64,000 nt of DNA, taken from Bacteriovorax stolpii (GTDB lineage: Bacteria > Bdellovibrionota > UBA1018). Below are positions 19,640 through 30,200 of the stretch, one piece after another. Position 1 is the first letter of the stretch; the number at the start of each line of letters is the position of its first letter. Made by a program: the position numbers and the translations under genes. Location of the stretch: positions 29,304 to 93,303 of the forward strand of contig CAMAQA010000001.1 of assembly GCA_945860415.1 (NCBI GenBank), read 5' to 3'. Below the pieces are notes generated by a model that ran no database searches, was not told the origin of the DNA, and was given only the letters and a program-made list of their open reading frames with translations.

Positions 19640-20621
19640 GAGCTCCTCCTCGAGTCTGGGGCACCTTCAGGACTTCACGGACGAGCAGCTTCTGTGTCCC
19701 GTCGTTCCATGTTCCAAAAAGAAGGATTTCAATCGTCTGTATGGTCGAGTCCACCGCCGGAAACTCGACCTTGGTCTGGCGGAAGCGAGACACGGAAAAG
19801 AATTCACCTTTTTCGTGGTCGAACAGGAATGGTGAATCCATTCCACGGACGACCCCCGATGGATAGCCCAGCAGCACGTCCGGACCCCGAGCCAGCACGA
19901 TGATCCTGCCCTGCTGGTTGTCGCCCTCGCTTCCCGTGAAGCGGATATCGAATTGAAGCTTGAGCTTGCGGCCCTGCCACTGCGTGATGGGTGAACTGAT
20001 CTCGAGCGGAACGGAAGGACGAGCGATGATCGGAACCTCGCCAGAGACAGCAGCCGGAAATGAGCGGAAGGCCACGACTGCGGGGGCGGTCGAGACGGTC
20101 TTGGTCAGGACCGTGGGTACGCAGGGCGCGGCAACTGCCACGGGAAGCGGCGATGGTGCAGCACAGGTGACGGGTGCGGTGGTTGCCTGCGTGGCGCTGG
20201 TCGGCACCACCGAGGCAGCAGGGAAGGGGGCCGGGGGGGCGATCGGGATCGCCACTGCCGACTCTGCCTTCTGTTTCGCGACTCCCAGCAGTCGAATCTG
20301 TTGTTCGAGCTCGCGAAGACGCTCGGGTTGCGCCCGGTGGCTGAGGCGCCAGTAGTGAATCGTGGTCGCGACCGACAAAATCGTGACGAGAAGCGAGCCC
20401 CCAATGTACCAGCCCAGGCGCGAGATCCAGGCCAGCGGAACTTCGAAGTTTCGCGAAGCGAGTCCATCCTGGAAAACCAGGAGCTGGATGGCTTTCCTCA
20501 GAGATTTGGGTGCCTGAACCTTCATGGAAGTCCTGAAAGGGTATCGGCGTGAAAAATGGGTGTCAACTTTCAGGCCCGTCGTGCCGAAAGGTTTTTTGGG
20601 ATGAAGCTGCTTCTCGTACAT
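19611..20621 (-). CDS. Hypothetical single-pass membrane protein translationally coupled to bactofilin (probable start Met at about 20525)
   Basis: One TM helix, a coiled-coil segment, a Pro/Ala/Thr-rich linker and a C-terminal domain of about 150 aa of unknown fold. Its 3' end overlaps the bactofilin start by 29 nt. Confidence 0.5.
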   Translation of the reverse strand: MYEKQLHPKKPFGTTGLKVDTHFSRRYPFRTSMKVQAPKSLRKAIQLLVFQDGLASRNFEVPLAWISRLGWYIGGSLLVTILSVATTIHYWRLSHRAQPERLRELEQQIRLLGVAKQKAESAVAIPIAPPAPFPAASVVPTSATQATTAPVTCAAPSPLPVAVAAPCVPTVLTKTVSTAPAVVAFRSFPAAVSGEVPIIARPSVPLEISSPITQWQGRKLKLQFDIRFTGSEGDNQQGRIIVLARGPDVLLGYPSGVVRGMDSPFLFDHEKGEFFSVSRFRQTKVEFPAVDSTIQTIEILLFGTWNDGTQKLLVREVLKVPQTRGGAREAAGPEES

Positions 20622-22205
20622 CCAAGGCTGGGATCCGGTGACCCTCTGGTCCGTTCGCTCCAGGCGACGGGCGTGGTGGTCCTCCTTGCCAATACCGTTG
20701 TACAGGCAAAGCAGCTTCTTTCAGCACACGCGCTGACGCTCGAGGTGGCGGTGATCCATCGCGAGCCCCAGGGGCTGGAGCTCATTACCTTCATCAAGTC
20801 CTCCGCCTCGCTCTCGGATCTACCCTACATCGTCATCTCCTCCGAATGGACGGATGCCGATTTCGCCCGTCATCAGCAGTCCTCGGAAGGTGCCAATGCC
20901 TACCTGCGTGAAGAGCGATGCGCGCAGGATCTTCGATTCGTCATCGAGCAGGTTCTCGGTGCAGAGTTGTCGATGGCCCTCGCGGCACCCGCTGCGGCAA
21001 CGGGCTCGGCCCTTTCCGGTCTCTCATTGCCTCAGGAGCCTCTTTCGGGAGTAAGCGTCCGGATGGAGGATGCCAACAGCGTCTTCCAGCCCACTTCCAT
21101 GATTTCGCAGAACTTCTCGCTGGAGGTGGATTCCTCGGAATCACCGAAGAGTGCATCTCCTTCCATTGAAGGAGCCACACGGGTGGTATCGCGCGATCAG
21201 CTCGAGCCGGCTCCGATCGAGATTGCTCCTGTCCTGGATGTCGCGCCCGTTTCTCCGGAAATCTCGGTCGTGGAGCCAGTCCACTTTGATTCCGGTGTGA
21301 GCATCTCACAGATGCCGGAGCTGCCTGTCGAGTTGCTATCTCCTGTCGAGGGGCTACCTGCAGAGTCCTCGCCGGCCGTGGAAATTTCTCTGGTCGAAGC
21401 CGAGCGATCGAGTCCCGCCCATGAACCCGCCCCGGATCCGGTTGCCGAGCTGCCGTACCTGTTCAATCAGGCCGCCAGGCCGCGTCCTGCTCCGCTAGTC
21501 GGAGATGCCGTGGTGCCGGGCGGTGCGGCACAGTCTCCGGATATTGAAACATTGAAGCGTTATCTCGCACTTCGTGAGCAGGATGTGGCGGCTCTTTCCG
21601 CCCAGCTGCACGAGGCGCGACGCCAGATTCGGAACTTGGAGTCCGACCTCAGGCAGAGCCATGCCTTGATGGAGGAGCAGGGTTACCGGCTCGAAGGCAA
21701 GGAAAAGCGCGAGCAGGAGTTTGAGCGTGAGAAGGCGCTCCTGATCCAGGGACTGCAATCTGAAATGGATGAGCTGCGCTTCCAGATGAAGACGCGCTCG
21801 GATAAGGCCCGTTCGCTCGAATCACAGGTTCGAGAGACGGCCCAGGAGATGGAGCGGCTTCGCGAGCGAGTCCGAAACGACATCCGGAAGATCCGAGTCC
21901 GCGAAAAAGAGCTCGAGAATCGGCTGGAAATCGTGCGCAAGGACTCCGAGGCACTGCTCATGGCCCGCGAGGCAACCATCCTGGAACTCAAGCGCAAGCT
22001 CGACACGGCCGAGTTCAATCTCGACCTGATGCACGATCGCCTCGGACGCGAGAAGGAAAGTTCATCGGAGCTTCGCGAAAAGCTGCTGAGAGCATCGCAG
22101 GCAGTCCGTCTGGCAGGCGGCTTGCTTGACCCTGCGGACTCGGATGCAGGCACCCCTGAATCATCCGGCCGCTCCGCAGAGCGTACGGATCGAAAAGTCT
22201 CCTGA
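20556..22205 (+). CDS. FrzS/RomR-like protein: pseudo-receiver domain + Pro-rich linker + long coiled coil (probable start Met at about 20601)
   Basis: N-terminal CheY-like fold in which the acidic pocket residues and the phospho-Asp are replaced (LLLVHPRLG, AVIHRE). A P/V/E/S-rich repetitive linker. C-terminal heptad-repeat region of about 200 aa. Confidence 0.5.
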   Translation: MGVNFQARRAERFFGMKLLLVHPRLGSGDPLVRSLQATGVVVLLANTVVQAKQLLSAHALTLEVAVIHREPQGLELITFIKSSASLSDLPYIVISSEWTDADFARHQQSSEGANAYLREERCAQDLRFVIEQVLGAELSMALAAPAAATGSALSGLSLPQEPLSGVSVRMEDANSVFQPTSMISQNFSLEVDSSESPKSASPSIEGATRVVSRDQLEPAPIEIAPVLDVAPVSPEISVVEPVHFDSGVSISQMPELPVELLSPVEGLPAESSPAVEISLVEAERSSPAHEPAPDPVAELPYLFNQAARPRPAPLVGDAVVPGGAAQSPDIETLKRYLALREQDVAALSAQLHEARRQIRNLESDLRQSHALMEEQGYRLEGKEKREQEFEREKALLIQGLQSEMDELRFQMKTRSDKARSLESQVRETAQEMERLRERVRNDIRKIRVREKELENRLEIVRKDSEALLMAREATILELKRKLDTAEFNLDLMHDRLGREKESSSELREKLLRASQAVRLAGGLLDPADSDAGTPESSGRSAERTDRKVS

Positions 22206-23289
22206 ACCTTCGCAGCTTCGGCTTGTGGTGAGTGATTTCCACCTCGGGACGGGGCGGTATTTTGCGGACGGTTCCGTCAATATTCTCGAGGATTTCCTGT
22301 ATGACGACGAGTTCGCCGACTTCCTCGAGTTTTATTCCACTGAAAAGTACTGGGACACTCGAGTCGAGCTGGTACTCAACGGCGACATCCTGAACCTGCT
22401 TCAGGTTGACGATTTTGGAGTGCACACCCACCTGATCACCGAGCGGGCCACGATGCGCGCCGTAGAGCGAATCGCGGCCGGACATCCCTGCTTCTTCGGG
22501 GCACTGCGCAGGTTCTGCCAGGCTCCGGGGCACTCGATTACATATATTGTCGGCAATCATGACGCAGGAATGCTCTGGCCGGGGCCTCGACGCGTGTTCG
22601 AGCGTGCCGTCGGAACTTCGGTGAAATTCCATGATCAGGCGTATCGATTCGACGGCGTGCATATCGAGCATGGCCATCAGCTCGAGGATCTCTGCCGAAT
22701 GGAGATGTCATGCCCCTTCATCACCAAGGGCCTGCCCGAGCCGGTGCTGAACCTGCCCTGGGGCTCGATCTTCGTGGCCGTATGGCTCACCCGCATCAAG
22801 CTGGAGCGTCCTCATGTGGACAAGGTCAAGCCGTTCTCCTCGTTTCTGAGGTGGATGCTGATTCACGACACGGGCTGGGCGGTAATGACCATCCTGAGAA
22901 TGGGCAAGTTTCTCTGGGACACGATCCTGTGGAGGCCCCGCTACCATATCGTCGAAGGTGTTCGGGCCACCTGGGGCATGATCCAGCAGGCCACCGTTTA
23001 TCCGAGCTTCGACAAGATGGCCGCAAGAGTGCTTGGCGAGAACCCCGAAGCCCAGGTGGTGATCTTCGGCCACACCCACGTTCTTCGGTATCGAAAATTT
23101 GAAGGCGGAAGGGAGTACTTCAATGAGGGCTCGTGGAATGAGGTCACGAATCTCGAGCTGGGAGAGTTTGGCACTCAGACGAAGCTGACCTATGCGATGG
23201 TCGAGAGCGGCGCACCAGGGGCGCGTCCCCGGGTGCGCCTCAAGCGCTGGATGGGAACCTGGAAGCCCGAGATGGATTTGCTCGGGTAA
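22126..23289 (+). CDS. Calcineurin-like metallophosphoesterase (start uncertain: ATG 22126 overlaps the upstream gene; a GTG at about 22225 is an alternative)
   Basis: Motifs SDFHLG, NGDILN, GNHD and GHTH in canonical order. Confidence 0.7.
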   Translation: MTLRTRMQAPLNHPAAPQSVRIEKSPEPSQLRLVVSDFHLGTGRYFADGSVNILEDFLYDDEFADFLEFYSTEKYWDTRVELVLNGDILNLLQVDDFGVHTHLITERATMRAVERIAAGHPCFFGALRRFCQAPGHSITYIVGNHDAGMLWPGPRRVFERAVGTSVKFHDQAYRFDGVHIEHGHQLEDLCRMEMSCPFITKGLPEPVLNLPWGSIFVAVWLTRIKLERPHVDKVKPFSSFLRWMLIHDTGWAVMTILRMGKFLWDTILWRPRYHIVEGVRATWGMIQQATVYPSFDKMAARVLGENPEAQVVIFGHTHVLRYRKFEGGREYFNEGSWNEVTNLELGEFGTQTKLTYAMVESGAPGARPRVRLKRWMGTWKPEMDLLG

Positions 23290-23344
23290 TAATTTACTGC
23301 CCGCTCCTTGACCGCGATCAGCGCATTTTCTACGCTGAACTTCC

Positions 23345-24097
23345 ATGAAGGTTCCCACAGTTGCGACGGTGATTCCTGCGCGCTTTGCCGCGCAGCGCCT
23401 TCCTGGAAAGCCCCTTGCCGACATTCACGGAAAGCCCATGATCCAGCACGTCTACGAGCGCGCGGCACGCGCCCAGGGTATTGCGATCACGGGTGTCGCC
23501 ACGGACGATCCACGGATTGCGGAAGCCGTCGAGCGCTTCGGTGGCAAGGTCTGGATGACGTCTCCCGACCTGCAGAGTGGCACGGACCGTGTTGCGGCCG
23601 TGGCGCGTATGCATCCCGAGATCGACATTTTCGTGAACGTCCAGGGTGACGAGCCGCTCATGGACACGCGTGCGATCGAAGCCGGCGTGGCGCTCGTGCA
23701 CTCCGGCCGCTTTGAGATGGCGACCGTGATGACGCCGATGACCGAAATTGCCGATCTTTCGAATGCGGCGGTGGTGAAGGTCATTCCCGATGACCTCGGC
23801 CGCGCGATTTATTTTTCGAGGCATCCGATTCCTTACAGTCGCAAGGCGGCACCCGAAGCTGGCGAGGCGTTCGTCTGTCGAAGGCATGTCGGACTTTATG
23901 TCTACCGCCGAGAGACGCTCCTGCGCTTCAGCTCGCTTCCACCGACCCTGATGGAGCGGGCGGAAAGCCTCGAGCAGCTTCGCGCGCTGCAGGCGGGCAT
24001 TGCGATTGGAATTGCAGAGGTGGACTTCACGTCAATCGGCGTGGATACGCCCGAAGAGCTGGAGAAGGTCCGCCAGATTCTGGCATCATACCGATAA
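23345..24097 (+). CDS. kdsB: 3-deoxy-manno-octulosonate cytidylyltransferase (CMP-Kdo synthetase)
   Basis: VIPARFAAQRLPGKPL N-terminal signature. About 250 aa. Confidence 0.9.
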   Translation: MKVPTVATVIPARFAAQRLPGKPLADIHGKPMIQHVYERAARAQGIAITGVATDDPRIAEAVERFGGKVWMTSPDLQSGTDRVAAVARMHPEIDIFVNVQGDEPLMDTRAIEAGVALVHSGRFEMATVMTPMTEIADLSNAAVVKVIPDDLGRAIYFSRHPIPYSRKAAPEAGEAFVCRRHVGLYVYRRETLLRFSSLPPTLMERAESLEQLRALQAGIAIGIAEVDFTSIGVDTPEELEKVRQILASYR

Positions 24098-24109
24098 GGA
24101 AGACGGTTT

Positions 24110-25765
24110 ATGGCCAAGCAGAAAAAATTCATCTTCGTGACGGGCGGCGTTCTTTCGAGCATCGGCAAGGGCATCGCGTCTGCGTCTCTGGGAATGCTCA
24201 TGGAAAGCCGGGGCATCAAGGTGACGATGGTCAAGATGGACCCGTACCTGAACGTCGATCCGGGAACGATGAGTCCGTTTCAGCACGGTGAAGTGTTCGT
24301 GCTCGATGATGGTGCCGAGACCGATCTCGACCTGGGCCACTACTCGCGATTCGTGCAAAACGCCGTCTTTTCGCGCAAGAACAGCTTCACCACGGGCCGG
24401 ATCTACGACTCCGTCATTCGTCGCGAGCGTGCGGGGGGCTACCTCGGCAAGACCGTGCAGGTGATTCCGCACATCACCGATGAGATCAAGCGCCACATCG
24501 ACGAAGCGGCTGTCGACGCCGATCTTGCCATCGTGGAAGTGGGCGGAACGGTCGGTGACATCGAGAGCCTGCCGTTTCTCGAGGCTATCCGGCAGCTTCG
24601 GGTCGAGCGGGGCTCGGAAAACGTGCTCTTCGTGCACCTGACCCTGGTGCCGTACATTGCGGCCGCAGGAGAGCTGAAGACCAAGCCCACCCAGCACAGC
24701 GTCAAGGAGCTTCGAGAAATCGGCATCCAGCCCGATATCCTGCTCTGCCGGACGGACCGGGTGATTCCGCGCGATGTGCGCGAGAAGATCGGCCTGTTCT
24801 GCAACGTATCCGCCGAGCAGGTCTTCAGCGCGATCGACGTGTCGAGCATCTACGAGGTTCCGCTGTACTTCGCCGAAGAAGGTCTCGACGAGAAGGTGGT
24901 CGAAAAGCTCGGTATTTGGACCAGCAAGCCCGACATTTCAAAGTGGGCGGCGATGGTCGAGAAGATTCGCAAGCCCAAGCAGCAGGTCACCATCGGCATC
25001 GTCGGCAAGTACACGGACTGGCGCGACAGCTACAAGTCGCTAGCCGAGGCACTCGTGCACGGAGGCGTCGCGAACGACTGCCGTGTGAACATGCTCTACA
25101 TCGACTCCGAAGAGCTCGAAAAGGGCGTGGGTCGTGAGCTCCTCGACACAGTGGATGGCGTTCTCGTTCCGGGTGGATTTGGCGAGCGCGGCATCGAAGG
25201 CAAGATCCAGGCGGTCGAATACGCCCGCGTGAACAAGATTCCGTACTTTGGCATCTGCCTCGGAATGCAGCTGGCGGTCATCGAGTATGCGCGCCACGTG
25301 GCAGGGCTCAAGGACGCGCACTCGGAAGAGTTTCGTCCGGACGGACGTGAGAACGTCATCGCCCTGATGGAATCGCAAAAAGGGGTGAAGGATCTCGGTG
25401 GCACGATGCGCCTCGGCGCTTATCCCTGCTCGGTGCTTTCGAAGACCGCAGCAGGTCCGACGAAGGCTTACACTGCCTACAAGAAAGAGCAGATCACCGA
25501 GCGGCATCGCCATCGTTTCGAGGTGAACCCGAGGTTTCGTGGCCAGATCGAAGAAGCGGGTCTTCTCGTTTCCGGTCATCACGTGCACCGCGAGACCGGT
25601 ACCGATTTGGTGGAGATGGTCGAGATTCCCGGGCACCCCTGGTTTCTCGGATGCCAGTTCCATCCGGAGTTCCTGAGCAAGCCGATGGTGCCGCATCCGC
25701 TCTTTGCTGGATTCATCAAGGCGGCCACCCAGAGCGGGCGCAAGGGACAGGCGAAGCTGCTGTAG
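24110..25765 (+). CDS. pyrG: CTP synthase
   Basis: [19 protein letters not shown]-terminus and a glutamine amidotransferase domain (GICLGMQ). Confidence 0.95.
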   Translation: MAKQKKFIFVTGGVLSSIGKGIASASLGMLMESRGIKVTMVKMDPYLNVDPGTMSPFQHGEVFVLDDGAETDLDLGHYSRFVQNAVFSRKNSFTTGRIYDSVIRRERAGGYLGKTVQVIPHITDEIKRHIDEAAVDADLAIVEVGGTVGDIESLPFLEAIRQLRVERGSENVLFVHLTLVPYIAAAGELKTKPTQHSVKELREIGIQPDILLCRTDRVIPRDVREKIGLFCNVSAEQVFSAIDVSSIYEVPLYFAEEGLDEKVVEKLGIWTSKPDISKWAAMVEKIRKPKQQVTIGIVGKYTDWRDSYKSLAEALVHGGVANDCRVNMLYIDSEELEKGVGRELLDTVDGVLVPGGFGERGIEGKIQAVEYARVNKIPYFGICLGMQLAVIEYARHVAGLKDAHSEEFRPDGRENVIALMESQKGVKDLGGTMRLGAYPCSVLSKTAAGPTKAYTAYKKEQITERHRHRFEVNPRFRGQIEEAGLLVSGHHVHRETGTDLVEMVEIPGHPWFLGCQFHPEFLSKPMVPHPLFAGFIKAATQSGRKGQAKLL

Positions 25766-25852
25766 CTGGCTCGGCGCGAGCCGAGCCTTCTGTGCGCACC
25801 GGCGTTGCTCCGCGCCAAGGCCCTGACATGGCGAAATCCGGAGTGATCGCGT

Positions 25853-27100
25853 ATGATGGTAGCCACCATGGCCCCATCCCTCACCTCCTTTCCGAAAGAC
25901 CAGATCAAGGTCCTGCTCCTCGAGAACATCCACCAGCTCGCGCACGAGATGTTTCGAGGCGAGGGCTATCAGGTCGAGGCGCTCTCGACGGCACTCGGAG
26001 AAGAGGCGCTCGCTGAACGGATCAAGGATGTCCACATCCTCGGAATACGAAGCAAGACCCAGGTCACTGAAGCGGTGCTCTCGAAGGCCAATCGACTGCT
26101 CACCATCGGCGCCTTCTGCATCGGAACGAATCAGATCGACCTGAAGTCGGCCAAGGCGCGAGGAATTGCGTGCTTCAACGCTCCATTCGGAAACACTCGA
26201 AGCGTCGCCGAGATGGTGCTCGCGGAAATCGTCATGCTCGCCCGTCGGTTCGGACAGCGGAGCAACGAGATGCACCAGGGTATCTGGCGCAAGGTTTCCG
26301 CCGATTGCCACGAGGTGCGTGGAAAGACGCTGGGAATCGTAGGTTACGGCAATATTGGAACTCAGGTCGGCGCACTCGCTGAACACTTTGGAATGCGGGT
26401 CATCTTCTATGATGTCGTTTCCAAGCTGCCACATGGCAACACCCGCGGCTGCAACACGCTCGGCGAGGTCCTGAAGAATTCCGACTTCCTGACGCTGCAC
26501 GTTCCCGCTACACCGACGACGAAGTGGATGATCGGTGCGAAGGAAATCGAGCAGATGAAGAAGGGTTCGCACCTGATCAATGCGAGCCGAGGAACCGTCG
26601 TGGTGATTCCTGCTCTCGTTGAGGCTCTCAAGTCCGGGCATCTCGCTGGAGCCGCCATTGACGTGTTTCCGGAGGAGCCCGAATCGAACATCAATGACTA
26701 CCAGTCGCCGCTTCAGGGCTTGGAAAACGTCATCCTCACTCCGCACATCGGGGGAGCGACTGAAGAGGCGCAGGCCAATATTGGTGAAGAGGTGCCGACA
26801 TCTCTCATTCGATACATCAACTCCGGGTCAACTCTCCGTTCGGTGAATCTGCCGGAAGTGAACCTGTCACCAACGGGTGAGACCCATCGCATCCTGAACA
26901 TCCACAAGAACGTTCCGGGCGTGCTCTCCGAAATCAATCGAATCGTCGCGGGTCTGGGTGCCAATATTCAGGCGCAGGCCCTCGCGACCGATGCTGATGT
27001 CGGCTATCTGGTGCTGGATACCGATCGCGCAGTTTCGAACGAGGTGAAGTCCGCCATCGAAGCGCTCAAGACCTCGATTCGGACTCGAATTCTCTACTGA
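25853..27100 (+). CDS. serA: D-3-phosphoglycerate dehydrogenase with C-terminal ACT domain
   Basis: 2-hydroxyacid dehydrogenase NAD-binding motif GIVGYGNIG with catalytic R/E/H, and a C-terminal ACT fold. Confidence 0.9.
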   Translation: MMVATMAPSLTSFPKDQIKVLLLENIHQLAHEMFRGEGYQVEALSTALGEEALAERIKDVHILGIRSKTQVTEAVLSKANRLLTIGAFCIGTNQIDLKSAKARGIACFNAPFGNTRSVAEMVLAEIVMLARRFGQRSNEMHQGIWRKVSADCHEVRGKTLGIVGYGNIGTQVGALAEHFGMRVIFYDVVSKLPHGNTRGCNTLGEVLKNSDFLTLHVPATPTTKWMIGAKEIEQMKKGSHLINASRGTVVVIPALVEALKSGHLAGAAIDVFPEEPESNINDYQSPLQGLENVILTPHIGGATEEAQANIGEEVPTSLIRYINSGSTLRSVNLPEVNLSPTGETHRILNIHKNVPGVLSEINRIVAGLGANIQAQALATDADVGYLVLDTDRAVSNEVKSAIEALKTSIRTRILY

Positions 27101-27258
27101 GCTGATTGAGATCGGTGCGTCGCGTCTTTTGACGTCCCATGAGTATCATCGTCTTGACGAACTCTTCACGGGTCGTTCTGCCGATTTTTTGAATTATTCT
27201 GTTTCCAAATTTCCTGCGATCCGTAGCCTGAATAAATCCATTTCAACGATCCGAAGCC

Positions 27259-30200
27259 ATGGAGGGTTTGTCCGTGATCGATTTCATGAAGAAGGGCCAT
27301 GGGCCCATGAAGCGCGTGGTGGCGGCTGCCTTGGCTGCCTCCATGTTTGCAGGTTGTGCCAAGGTCCAAGAAGCCATCAACTCGGTCAGCAACAAGATCA
27401 AACCGAATATCGTCGGCAAGGTGACCTCCTCAGGCGGGGCAACCATGATGAAGGCCGTCGCGCGCAAAGCCGCTTCGGGCAAGACCGTTCCGATCTTCGG
27501 CCGCAAGCTGCCGGTGGTCTCGCAGTCCGTCGAAGGCGATGGGGTTTCCGGTTGTACGGTCACGGCTCGTGACCTGCAGACGGGTGCCGTGATCGCCACG
27601 GGAACCTCGGGATCCGACGGTACCTACGTCATCGAGAGCGACAGCATTACCGCCGGGGATTCCTACCGAGTTGTTGCGACCTGTGGAACCGGACCCTCTG
27701 CGGTGAGCTTCGCGGCGGTGACCTCCGCTGATACGCAGGATCCAGATGAAAAGGAGCCTGTTTCGACGAATGCGCGCTCGACCCTGATCGCCGCGCAGAT
27801 CATCGAGGCGGTCCTCGAAGCGCTTGAAGCCGCCGTCCAGTCCATTCCTGGCGCAAGCGATGCGGTCAAGGATTCGATCAAGCAGGCAGTCCTTGAGGCG
27901 GTCGATACGATCATCGCGCAGGTTTCGGCGGTCATCGAAGAGGCCATCGAAAGCGGTGCGATGCAGGAGCCCTCCGATACGGTCGCCACCGAGATGACTG
28001 CCGCGGTGGATGATGCCACGACAGCGGCGGATGCAGATGATGCCGCTGCAGTGTACGAGGAAGATGTGGGCTCGATTCCGGAGTCCGTGGGCAATGCCAC
28101 CGCAGGTGCTGCGAAGGCGGCCTCTGCGCTTCCGGCTTGCGACTCGTCGCTGAACGCTGAAGGAGAGACCCCGATCGCCACCCAGGCTGGCTGCACGCAG
28201 GCTGTGGCCAAGCTGCTCTACTCGCTCGGCTTCAGCGTTGCTGTGAACACCGGTTCGGGCGGGTCATTTGACGGCGAAAGCTGCGCCTCCACCAATGCCG
28301 ACATGCTCAATGCATTTCCGGGCGCCGAATTCCAGGACCTGAGCGAACCGCCCGCAGACGGGGAGAATCGTCCTCAGATCGCCGGAGCGTGTTTCGTGAG
28401 ATCCAAGACCGCGAAGGTCAATCGCAACGAGGGCTACGATGACAAGGGTGGCGAGGAAGACGACACAGTCTTCGTCGAGTCCTTCTCATCTTCGGAGATT
28501 ACCGGACTTCTTTCGAAGATCGCGCAATCCATGCTGGCGAACTACCAGTACAGCCTGAACAACATCGACCAGATCCTCTTCTCGCATGATGCGGGCGCGC
28601 AGGCTGGCATGAACATGAAGCTGATTTTCCAGTCGAAGGAGTTCAACCAGGATTCCGCCGGCTTTGGCCAGAGCTACAAGTACCGCAATGCATCCGGCAG
28701 CTGGGTTGATATTCCCTGTGGTGAGGGCGGCTGCGCCCTCTGGCAGATGATGGAGGCAGGATTTGCAGACATGACCTGGGGAAGCTGCAATGCAGCCCTG
28801 GGAAGCCCGGCAAAGCTCCTGGCCACCAACATCGGTTCGGGTGATTTCGTAGGCGATGTGATGTCGGCCCAGTACTCAGGCCCGGTGCCGACGCAGTCGC
28901 AGCTGGAGAGCTTCTTCAACGAGCGCTCCTTCGTCGACAATAACCCGACCGGCGAGAAGGAGTTCCACGTCCTTTTTGAGAAGGATCCTCGCTGGGTGAA
29001 TCCGGGCGACGTTCTTCCTGCACCGGCAACGGGAACGGACACACGGCCGGCCTCCTGCACGGACGCCGAGCCCGAGAGCGGCACGCCTTGTCCAAACGGT
29101 TGTTTCGACAACGATCCTTCGACCAAGTGCTACGCCGTCGGATCAACTCTTGCCGAAGTGACGCCGGTCCAGGTGAATGTGCAACTCGGTGCTGCGATTA
29201 CGCTTTCGGGTGACAGCAAGGGATTCAGGCCGATGACCTCAATCACGGGAGCCCCCGGAACGGGAGCTTATTTCATTCGCCCCATCTTCGGTCCGTCAGG
29301 TTTTCTCGGAGCGGGCCAGTTGATCAGTGCATCGACGGGCAAGCTGCTTCGTGACGACTTCATGCGGCCGAGGACTTTCCTGGTCTATGACTCCGGCGTG
29401 GAATGCCCGTCCGGAATCTCTTGCGCAGACGGAAATGCCTATAACGTCGACCTCGAATGGAGTTGCGGTGGAGATGGGCCCTGCGAGCCGGAGATGAAGG
29501 CCATCACCGGAGCCACGTCCACGATCTCGATGTCTGAAATCAACGCCGAGGTGAAGTCGGAGTACCGGTCTCGCTGGGAGGAAATCCACGCGGATGAGGA
29601 CAAATTTGGTCATAGCGCAATCGTCGTTGGGCAGGGGGAATGGAAGGATCTCAGTGTGCTGACGGTGAAGGTCAATCCGGCTACCGCTCAAATCACCCTG
29701 ACTGGAAAAGCCTCCAGTCTCCCGGACGTCGAGGATGATCGTTATGCCGTTTCACCGGTCTGGAACTGCTCGAATGAAGGCTGCAGTGTTGGCGGCTTCT
29801 ACCTCGTGAACAAAAACGGTGTTCCATTCTCGCCACCCAGCGATTCTTTTGATGGGAAGAAATGGGAGCCGGGCAAGGTCTGCTGGGTCGAATCCGGCAA
29901 CTGGACCTGCGGCGCAGAAGTCATCCGCTTTGGCGTTGGGGACGATTCGACCTGGGTGAACCTGAACGCCGGGTCTCCCGATTACGACACCGAAACTGGA
30001 GGAGCCCAGTCCTTCGACGACGTCGCAGCCTCGATCCGGGTTCCGTCCGGACCGGCGGCGAACCCCAGCCACAAGTGCAGCTTCAATCCGTACTATGTGG
30101 AGACGGGCACTGCGAACGAAAAGCTGGACTGCAACGAGGGCGATGCGGCGGCCACCAGCGGGGACGTCTCGTTCTCCAATATGTGGGAGTTCGATCGCTG

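Noticed and set aside
25773-25787. Short perfect hairpin GGCTCG-gcg-CGAGCC after pyrG
   Set aside because: Only a weak T-tract follows (ttct). Possibly a terminator or attenuator, but too weak to call.
25040-26746. 568-aa minus-strand ORF spanning pyrG and serA
   Set aside because: It crosses an intergenic region and two strongly conserved plus-strand genes. It is an artefact of stop-codon scarcity.
27101-27258. Possible riboswitch or sigma-54 promoter upstream of the giant lipoprotein
   Set aside because: The region is relatively AT-rich and probably regulatory. I could not find a GG-N10-GC element or any conserved riboswitch core, so no call was made.
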